Shown here one piece after another: positions 1-8,900 of a stretch of DNA of 30,148 bases (within the stretch, counting starts at the first letter, position 1; each line of letters opens with the position of its first letter). The translations under genes were made by a program, and so were the position numbers. Under the pieces are notes generated by a model. That model was not told the origin of the DNA, did no database searches, and saw only the letters and a program-made list of their open reading frames with translations. This DNA comes from a virus (lineage: Duplodnaviria > Caudoviricetes). The stretch covers positions 1 to 30,148 of IMG/VR virus record IMGVR_UViG_3300017768_000044; one strand, 5' to 3'.

Positions 1-2373
1 ATTAAATGTTACGCCACTATCTACATCTAATGTGCCGTCTGTGTGTGTATTACCATTATCTGTGTCTACATCAAATACACTTACACCTGCAGCAGTTTGA
101 ATATCAAATTTCTTATTGTCTGCCTTAATTATAAGGTTATCTGTGATCTCAGTTTCTAACTGAATGTCAACTGTACCTTCAATAACTGTGTTACCTGTTG
201 CACTCTCAATAGTAAACTTATCAGTGGTATTATTTCTAACAGCAAAGTTGGCATCTATGTCAACAGTGCCATCAATCTCAACGTTACCATTCAAGTGAGA
301 TGTGCCACCGACGTTAATGTTTTCAGAAATACCCACGCCACCAGTTACAACCAGTGTGCCAGTTGTAGGTGTCTTCCAAGTAGATCCTGTATTAGTTGTT
401 AACCTGAGGTTACCAGCAATGACAGCAGCGTCAGTCCCAGTAAATGTTTCAGAAGAGTTGGTCGCATTGTAGAGGAAGCGATACCCACCAGTGCCAGACC
501 ATATATTGCTGTTTGCATAATCTTCGTCCCACCCGAAGAATCCGAATCTTTCTTGTGAATCATAGTATCTAAATTCTACACCACGGTCTAAGTTATCATC
601 TGATACAAGAGTATCCTCACCACCTAGAGTGATGATAGGATCTTGGACTGTTAATGTAGTTGAGTTTACAGTTGTAGTTGTGCCATCTACTTGAAGATCA
701 CCACGGACTCTAACCAAACCAGTAGCACCATCATCGTCATTTGGATCAATTATCAACGTAGAGTTGGTAGTTGAAATAACGTTGTCTTGGAAATGGAAGT
801 CTTCTACGTTGACTCTATTAGCAACGTTGGTAGCATTGATTGTAATATCATTCTCAGCAGTGATATTAATAAGAGCATTACCACTACCTGCATTTGTCGC
901 ATTAATTAATAGAGTGCGATTGTTTGTTGTGCTCTGTGTGTGTTGGAAAGTAAGATCTCCATCACCAGTCTTGTCTAATTTCTGTGTTACAGCACCATCG
1001 AGTGTAATGTCAGGATCACTATAGTATGACCTTACATTAATATCGATCTCACCAGCACCACTATCGCCAGTGTTATTAGCACCAAACAGAAGATTGCCTG
1101 AGGTATCATTGACTTTAAGATAATTAAGATAGTTGAATCCTCTATAACCAGTAGTTGCTGTCAACTCCTGATCTAATTCAAAATTCTCTACGGTATTGCC
1201 ATCAGCAAAACCAATTCTATTATTTTGTAGTTGTAGATTATCTACACCATTCTCAGCGATGGTTACGAAACCACCCTCATATCCACTTGCAGGATTCCAT
1301 GCTGTTACATCGAAGTCCTCTTGGTTAAAAGATGCTAAACCCTTTTGTGGGGTTACAGCAGTTCCCAAATAACGCCAAGACCCTGTGTCGGAGGTGTCCG
1401 TGTGTGTAGGCTCACCGCCTCCAGCACTGATAGCAAGGATAGCCTCATATAGGCGATTACTTGCGTTTTTGACTTTCGCATAGCGAGCGTAAGTTGTTGA
1501 GTTATCATACGCAGCCGACTCACTACCTTGTGTAGATGTAGCGATTGGAATTGTAAGTGCTTGTGTTAGACGACCATATCTGTCAACTGTAAATTCTGTA
1601 GTGTTGACTGTATCATCATCAGGTAAATTTACCGATACTAGTGGAGTGTCTAAGTTGCCTGTAGGGTTGTAGTAACCAACGACAACTGTGGTATCAGCAA
1701 GGTCAATAAATGGGTTATTACTTTGACCGTTACCATTATTAATTACTAAACGACCAGATCCACCTGTTAGTGTCCTAGTTGTAATTGTACCTTCTGCTTG
1801 ACGTGACATCAAACCAAAGGATGTCATATCTGCAATAGATTGTAAATCTGTATCTGCTGCCTGAGCATCAGCAATACCATATGCTGACAAAGTTGTTGGA
1901 CTAGTAGCAGCAGTAACACGACCACGAGAGTCAAGTGTTAACTGTGTGTATGTCCCTGTAGCATCTAGATCATTTGGATCATAATGAGGTAATGCAGTTT
2001 GATAGTTTAATTCTGCAGTAATGGTTAAGTTTGCGGATCCATCAAAAGTACCACTACCAGACATGTCACCACCAAGGGTGATTTGTCTTGCGTTTGCTAA
2101 TCTTGTCGCTGTTGCAGAGTTACCAACGAGTGAAGCAGTAATGGCACCTGCCTCAAAGTTACCATCAGCATCCCTCTTAACAAGAGTGTTCGCAGTATTA
2201 GATTCCGTTTCTAGTGGTCGCTCATAGCGAAGACTATTCCACGGAGTAACACCGTCACCAATTTTTAATCTAGACGTGTCAATCTCGATACCCAACTCAC
2301 CTTGAGCTAGGATCGGGTTAATGTTTGCCCACTGCTGAGCACCATCACGTCTTAGTTGTAGTCTATTTGCCAT
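1..2373 (-). CDS. Tail fibre / adhesin-like structural protein, 3'-truncated (>=791 aa); absent from the ORF track
   Basis: Hand translation from ATG at 2373 is open to base 1. It begins MANRLQLRRDGAQQWANINPILAQGELGIEIDTSRLKIGDGVTPWNSLRY, a Mtd_N/phage hyaluronidase-type fibre N-terminus. Typical fibre motifs follow: GNSATATRLANARQITLGGDMSGSGTFDGSAN, GTYTQLTLDSRGRVTAATSPTTLSAYGIAD, VRGDLQVDGTTTTVNSTTLTVQDPIITLG, TGTLVVTGGVGISENINVGG. Confidence 0.85.
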   Translation of the reverse strand, partial: MANRLQLRRDGAQQWANINPILAQGELGIEIDTSRLKIGDGVTPWNSLRYERPLETESNTANTLVKRDADGNFEAGAITASLVGNSATATRLANARQITLGGDMSGSGTFDGSANLTITAELNYQTALPHYDPNDLDATGTYTQLTLDSRGRVTAATSPTTLSAYGIADAQAADTDLQSIADMTSFGLMSRQAEGTITTRTLTGGSGRLVINNGNGQSNNPFIDLADTTVVVGYYNPTGNLDTPLVSVNLPDDDTVNTTEFTVDRYGRLTQALTIPIATSTQGSESAAYDNSTTYARYAKVKNASNRLYEAILAISAGGGEPTHTDTSDTGSWRYLGTAVTPQKGLASFNQEDFDVTAWNPASGYEGGFVTIAENGVDNLQLQNNRIGFADGNTVENFELDQELTATTGYRGFNYLNYLKVNDTSGNLLFGANNTGDSGAGEIDINVRSYYSDPDITLDGAVTQKLDKTGDGDLTFQHTQSTTNNRTLLINATNAGSGNALINITAENDITINATNVANRVNVEDFHFQDNVISTTNSTLIIDPNDDDGATGLVRVRGDLQVDGTTTTVNSTTLTVQDPIITLGGEDTLVSDDNLDRGVEFRYYDSQERFGFFGWDEDYANSNIWSGTGGYRFLYNATNSSETFTGTDAAVIAGNLRLTTNTGSTWKTPTTGTLVVTGGVGISENINVGGTSHLNGNVEIDGTVDIDANFAVRNNTTDKFTIESATGNTVIEGTVDIQLETEITDNLIIKADNKKFDIQTAAGVSVFDVDTDNGNTHTDGTLDVDSGVTFN

Positions 2374-2403
2374 TGCTTAAAAGGATCCTCTGCAATCTGC
2401 ACA

Positions 2404-2631
2404 CTATTCTTCTGGACTATTTATGTCCTCAGGTTCTGTTGTTGTAGCTAGTTTCTCAGGGTTGAGATATTCTAAGGTTTCGATTGCACCTAATAGTTTA
2501 AGTGCTGTCTGCTCGTTAGATCTGATTTTATCAGTCAATTCTTTGTTTTCACCAATCAACTTTTCATAACGAGTTTTAAATTGTTCTAGTAACTCTTCTT
2601 TAGAGAGTGTTTCAGTTTTAGTTGCTGTCAT
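2404..2631 (-). CDS. Small coiled-coil hypothetical protein (75 aa)
   Basis: ATG start overlapping the upstream gene by 14 nt, co-oriented with the operon; E/K/L-rich heptad pattern (LLEQFKTRYEKLIGENKELTDKIRSNEQTALKLLGAIETLEYL). Confidence 0.75.
   Translation of the reverse strand: MTATKTETLSKEELLEQFKTRYEKLIGENKELTDKIRSNEQTALKLLGAIETLEYLNPEKLATTTEPEDINSPEE
2418..2425 (-). promoter_or_regulatory. T4-like late promoter (CATAAATA) upstream of the fibre gene
   Basis: CATAAATA on the minus strand about 45 nt upstream of ATG 2373, inside the last codons of the 75-aa ORF; matches the NATAAATA consensus of gp55-dependent late promoters in T4-like cyanophages. Confidence 0.6.
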
Positions 2632-2863
2632 TTTGTAGCTCCAATAATGATTTGAGTAGACCCTTAATATCCTTAAGGTCTGATTTTACTTCATCAACTT
2701 CAGTTTGTAAAGTCTCTATTGTGACTTCCTGTTTTTGCCTCTTATTAAAGGCTTTCATGTATTTGTCGTATTCAGATGTATTGTTGTTTACGATGGCATT
2801 TGTCAGGGGATCACGATACCAACCCTCTTTTCCTTCGACTGGAATGAGTTTTCTATAGTCCAT
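2618..2863 (-). CDS. Small hypothetical protein with C-terminal coiled coil (81 aa from ATG 2863)
   Basis: MDYRKLIPVEGKEGWYRDPLTNAIVNNNTSEYDKY...LQTEVDEVKSDLKDIKGLLKSLLE resembles, from memory, the small gene that follows vrlC in T4-like cyanophages. ATG 2863 is preferred over the track's TTG at 2872. Confidence 0.75.
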   Translation of the reverse strand: MDYRKLIPVEGKEGWYRDPLTNAIVNNNTSEYDKYMKAFNKRQKQEVTIETLQTEVDEVKSDLKDIKGLLKSLLELQNDSN

Positions 2864-2865
2864 GC

Positions 2866-2894
2866 TTGACAAATAACAAAATAATAAGTAGAAT
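2866..2894 (+). promoter_or_regulatory. Near-consensus sigma70-type promoter TTGACA-N17-TAGAAT, antisense to the structural operon
   Basis: TTGACA 2866-2871, 17-nt AT-rich spacer 2872-2888, TAGAAT 2889-2894, in the largest intergenic gap of the window. Confidence 0.6.
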
Positions 2895-2930
2895 TAGCTT
2901 GTCGGTTTTCGGGATCGAAGTTTAGGTACT

Positions 2931-5900
2931 TTAAGTAGCGAGTGCTGTAGACCTAAAGTCGATAACCTGAGGGACAAATGCTTGGTTTCTTGATCTCAAT
3001 ACAATCTTCACTTGGAAGGCATTGAAATTAAGTCCTGTTGCTTCGTAAGAATAATCCCTAAATTCAAATACATCGGACGCGGCGATCTCAACCTTAGGTT
3101 GTACTTCTACAAAATTAATTGTATCAGGATCAACTTCACTTCCTGATTCAAAAGTCTTAATATAGACTCTTGCCTCTGTGCCTTGTGGACGATAACAACC
3201 AAAATCAATCTTAAGTGTGCGTGAAAGTTGAGCAAGGTTTGCTATACGAGTTAGATAAACGGAATCGTTTTGATCTCCACTAGGTTCTAGAGATACGTTA
3301 GCAGTCGCTTCTATCAAACTATTGAGACCTAGAGGTTGAGGACCACCTGGCCAGTAGTTGATTCTATTGCTGATCGTGATAAGAGATGTCCTATCAAGGT
3401 CAACATAAGGTGAAACGTTAGCGTTATCAGTATGTAGTGTCAAGTCAAGAGAGATACTCTTGTTACCACCCAACTTATTATCCTCATTAACCTTTGAGCA
3501 GATCATTTGAGGAGTTGAGAAGTAGTTTTCAGTATTCAATGTAAGATCATAATATGTGCCGTTGTTAACGAATGACGCTTGATCAACAACCGTCGTGCCG
3601 TCTCCAACAGATGTGCTGCTAGTAGTATTTACACGAGCAGCGATAGAGGTATCTGGGAATACCAGATTAGAAACTGATGGACGCAATGTCTCAAACTGGA
3701 AGTTTTGAGATGCCATCGCCATAATACCACCACCCCTAATACCGTTATTTGCAACGGAAGTAGTATTTAATAGGTAGTGATCCATCCATGGGTCTTCTAT
3801 TCCATCATGTACTTTGTTGATTTCGGTTAAAGGAATACCATCAAAGTTATAACAGATTACAGGTGATCCAGTAGGATGATCTTGGTCAGCAGTGCTGTTA
3901 GATCCTCTACCAGATGTAGCAACTGTAATTACTTTACCGTCTGTAGCGATAGCAGAGTATTGAATAATCTCACTACCGATCATTAAGTAACCAGGATTTA
4001 GGTTACCGATTGCTTGTCCATTAACTTGAGTATGGAATGCACTAGCTATTTCTACGTTAATAGATGTAGCACCTGCTGCTAAGGATGAAGTCAACACTGT
4101 TGGTGGGACTTCTGAAATTACTCCTTTAACGTCAACATTGTTGGTACGTTGGTGCATACAATGATTCTTGTGATACACGAGGATTTTGCGATCTTTCGCC
4201 TGATACGATGGTGACGAAACAGGGTAGTTATTCCTTGTGTCTCCACTATAGGCAACAGAGGTAATAGTAGCAGTGACAACCCCGCCATTCTCCGAGAGAG
4301 TATCTGCAACGTCGAAGTCTTTATCAACATAGTTTACATACAATACAGGATTAGATGCAGTGCCACCACCGTCAGGTAGAGTATCACCTGTCGCATAGTA
4401 TGCTGTGACCCTTGCAGTAGAATTGGATGTGGATCCAGTTATAATGTCGTTTATTGTAGTGGCAGTACCTGTAGCAGGGTTTGGTCTAGGTGAGAAATCA
4501 CCGTTAGAAACAGTAGACAACTGGAAAATCGCCGTCGCCTGAGAAGATACAATTCCTTGGAATGCATTACTACTAGCATCTAAGAAACCTGCAGACCATA
4601 TGCCTGAGATGTCATTGATAGTAATGGTATTCGGTGATGCTGTTGAATTAAATGCTGAGACAGTAGCAGATGCACCCGATGGTGTCTGTGTCAATCTAGC
4701 ACCAACTGTATAATTAAATGTTCCTGCAGGTAGAGTCAATACTTGCTCAGGTTGGATAGTAACCATTGGGTTATCCATTAGTCTGGTATAACCACCGTTA
4801 GTCTCACCCATCTCAACGTTTTCTAGAGTCACCGTGCCGTCAATAGCGGGATCGAATGCTGCTTTATAAATTGTAAACTTAAGATCTTCATACTGATCAG
4901 CAGTCCATGTTGATGCGTTTTGTGATTTGAATAACACACCTGCATATGGTTGCTCAGAAATCGTCCTGTTTCCAGACTTCTCAACGTCACCCATTCTGGA
5001 AATCCAGACTTGATATTCGTTAGAGTCAGACAGTAAGACGAAACAATATTCAACCGACTGTTTGATATAAACAGGAGATCTAAATGTAAATCTTGTTGGG
5101 ATTAATGCACTTTCTGAGATCTCAACATCTGCAGCGTTAACTGTAATATCAGATAGAGGCAAGATATCTTTAGTAGGATTACCATTCTCCATAGTCCTGA
5201 TCTGCATAGAGAGAGGAATGTTGGAGTCCTTAGTCCTAAAGAATAGATCAACAGAAGTGATCATGATACCACCTTCTTCATCCACAATGAATGATTGTGC
5301 TAGAGGGTCATACCAACCAATCTGTCTAGTTTCAGATCTAGTAGATGTTGCTAATACTCTTTCATCATTAACTGTATCACGGACAACTTCAGCATTTCTG
5401 ATTGCAAGAATGTTTTCTCTAACAGTCTGCAATGTACCTGTTGCTCTGTATTCTGCATCTGCAGATGAGTCAACTGTGCCAGGTGTCCTTTCGTTTCCAC
5501 TACTAGTTGTAAATCTGATAGTCCTTGTACCTGTTGACCAACGTGGGTTGGAGTCAATTTTAGGAGAAGGGATATAGAATGTGCCTTTAAAGTTACCAAC
5601 GTTGTCAGTTAATAGACGACGATCTTTAACATATGCAGCAGCACCTGATGTCTGCCCCACAAGTAATTCACCAACTTTAACGTTACCTTGGAATTCACCG
5701 TTAGCAGTAGACGCCATTTCATTGATGTCTACGTTTAGGATACTTGTATTAGATGCGTATGATGTCGGTAATGTTGCAGCACCTGTGCCATATGGTGTAG
5801 TTACATAAGCATCATTTGCTTCAGCAACTTTTAACTTCACGCCACTTTCAATACCAACAACAGTTTCACCTACCACAAATGGTATCTGGTTACTGTTATC

Positions 5901-8900
5901 GATTGTGCTGTCAGATGGTTGGTTAAATGTATTTGCACCTGGTGCAGTTATAACTTCATTCTTGACTGTGCTATTACTACCAGTCTTATTAAGCTCAATT
6001 ACTTTAGGTGTAATGTATGGAGTAACATCAACTCCATCAAAGAAACAGTATACTCTAGTCCTTGGTTTCATTCTATACACATCAAATGCGATGTTTCTAG
6101 ATCTGATCCATGGGACAGCAGTCTGTGACAATACCGTATCACCAAGAGATTTTCTCTCAATCTTAGGTACGATTCTTGTCCTAATACCTTGTCTAGACTG
6201 ATTCTCTCTTACTTCAAATGTGCGTCTCTCATGAATAAATTCAAGACCTTGATGTCTTGTGCCTACCCAACTACCACCACCACTGTGACTACCTGTCCTA
6301 TTGATGATAGTATCTGTAGAAATTAAACTTTCTCCAACCCAGTTAGTTTCCCAACCACCCCATTGGATAGGTGCAAAACCTGTGTTAGGATCAATGTTTA
6401 ATTCATTTTGTACTGATGAGAAATCTCCTTCTACATTCTCTACTCTAGCTGGAAGTCTGTTTGTTTCGAGCCAGTCGTCTGATGTAGGATTAAGATCAAT
6501 ACGCCCGATGAAAGTAAAGACGTTAAATGGGTTAACATTTTCGGATCTTGAAGCGTATGGTTGTTTAACGATTTCAACATCTGTATATGGTAACATGCAA
6601 ATGTTTGCAGGAGTTGTTGTAACATTAGCTGATTTTGTAGTATTAATTTTTAGAGGAACGTTGCTAGTGAAGTGAGAAGGTCTCATGATTCCTTCTTGGA
6701 AATCTAGAGAGCACTTATAGTCACCACTATTAACATCACCAATCTTATGATCGGTAAAGTCATCAACGACGAATCCATTTTTAAGACGATCAAATCCATT
6801 CTCATCATAGGAAGCAGTACCTTCTGCTTTTATTTCTAATAGAGATAGGGCAGTATAATATTCAACATTGGTAAGACGCTTATCAAGGTCACCAATATCC
6901 TTCATCGTATAACGACGAATAATTTCCTGTGTAACTGTTGAGTCACGCTCAGGTTGGAACATGTATGCTCTATGCTTCAATGTCGCTAGACACATAGCAT
7001 TTTGCATATTGTCAGGTGGTTGTGGATCTTCAGAAGAGATACCTTTTAGTAACTGTAGATTGTTATCATGAGTTAGGAAAAGTTTATCTGTCCTAGGAAG
7101 ATAGTAATCAAAGTCACAACGGAATTCTGTCTCTGCCATTGGAATGTCAAAGAGTGTCGCTGCTGCTGCAGCACCTGCACCTTGTCCAGTGGTTGAGAAT
7201 TGTCTTGCATCAAAGTCAAGAGTTGCACAAGTAACCTCGAAAGGACTACCAACTGTACCTTGTCCTGTTGCTAATTCACCAACTGCAGGTCTGAAGTCGA
7301 TCTGATCTCTAACAGTCCTACTAGATCCTTTAAGAATAGGTGAAGGAATTTCTGAGAATTCGACACCAGTATATGATTGACCAGAGAAATAATCTCCTGA
7401 TGCTTCATGAATAAAGTAGTCAAACACTGCCATCAACTGTCTAGTTGGAGGAGTTGTGCCTGGTTTTCTAATTAGACGAGATACGTCATAGAAGAAACTG
7501 TTTTGTGATTGATTTAATTCATATTGATTAGTGATAACCTTAGATCCTTTCTCTACAGATCCGTCAGCATCATCAATAGTTGCAGTCAATACGTTGCCAT
7601 CTACATCTACACCGTTTACAGTTTCACCTGCATTAAACTGTGTGCCGTTAAGATCAACATTGAAAAGTCTTAGAGTTGAGTTGATAAATGATACAACTAC
7701 TGCTCTTGCTCCACTTGTGACACCTGTGATAACTGTGCCAGGTGCAAAGAAAGTTGCTTCCGAGAGTACAACGTAAGGGATCTTGGGAGCGTTGTCATCT
7801 TCGGATTCATAGACAGCGTGGAGTTTAAATACATCGTTGAGACCGAATGAGATTTCTGGATCTTCGATTCTTGTGCCATAGAGTCCTCCATATACTAGAC
7901 CAAATCTTTGTACATCTTGTTGCTTAGAAGTCCTAGTGACTTTTATAGCACGCATCTTAGATGCAGTCTTAATTTTTCTAGAAACAATATTTTTAGATAC
8001 CAGTGCAGTTAATTTAACTGTGGTAACGTTTGTCAAACCACCGATAGTAATAGACTGTCTGTCAGCACCATAAGTAACTGTTAATGTGCCTCCTTCCGAT
8101 AGTGCCTCAATATCAAGGTTGTCACCAACTGAGTATGCAGATCCTGCTTGTGCAAGGATTGTAAGAATATAATTATCGTCGTCTAATGCAGCAAACTGCT
8201 CTGATTCTGGAAGTGCAACAGTTAGACCACCTGATACAACAGTCTTATTGTCGAATGTCCTAAAGACAAAGAATGATTCATCACTAATAGACTTAATAGT
8301 CTGCTTAGGCATATCCTGTGATAACTGACCAGATGGTTGGTTTTGTCCATACAAGAATGGTCTGTATCTTACGACAGTATTATATGTGCCATCAGTAAAT
8401 GATCCTTTTGTTAGACCAGTATCGATAGTTGCTGTCTGTGCTTGATAGTTAAAGACATATGGTGTAACACCTGTGTTATTAGAAGATGTTAAGTTAATAG
8501 CAGTCTTAGATGCTTTTGTAATGACAAATGACTTCTCACCTTCTGGAGATGATAGTCCGTCAATACATAATACTTCACCAGGTCTAATGTCTTGCTCAAA
8601 CTTAGATCCATTTGTACCTGTAATCTTAGGAGGAGATCCTGCCTGATCAAGAGTAATAGATGCACCTCTAATTACTTGTCTATCATTAAGTAAGAAGTTA
8701 GCAAGGAAACTTACTGCTTGACTAGAGTTGTAACCTACAGCAGATCTTACGTCAACAACCTTATATGTGTGAATAGCATCTAGTGTGCCGATAACTCTAC
8801 CATCTCTAGTAATTACTTCACCGTCAATAAAGTTTCCTGATACTTGCTCTAGAGAAACTCTTGTGCCAGAGAAATCAGAAGTTACAAATCCAGTTGCACC

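Noticed and set aside
2374-2403. Possible terminator from short palindromes (AGGATCCT, TGCAATCTGCA)
   Set aside because: The stems are too short to be convincing; the region reads better as the leader of the fibre gene.
2864-2872. TTG start (MSSM...) for the 84-aa ORF
   Set aside because: An in-frame ATG lies three codons downstream, and the extension overlaps the plus-strand -35 hexamer.
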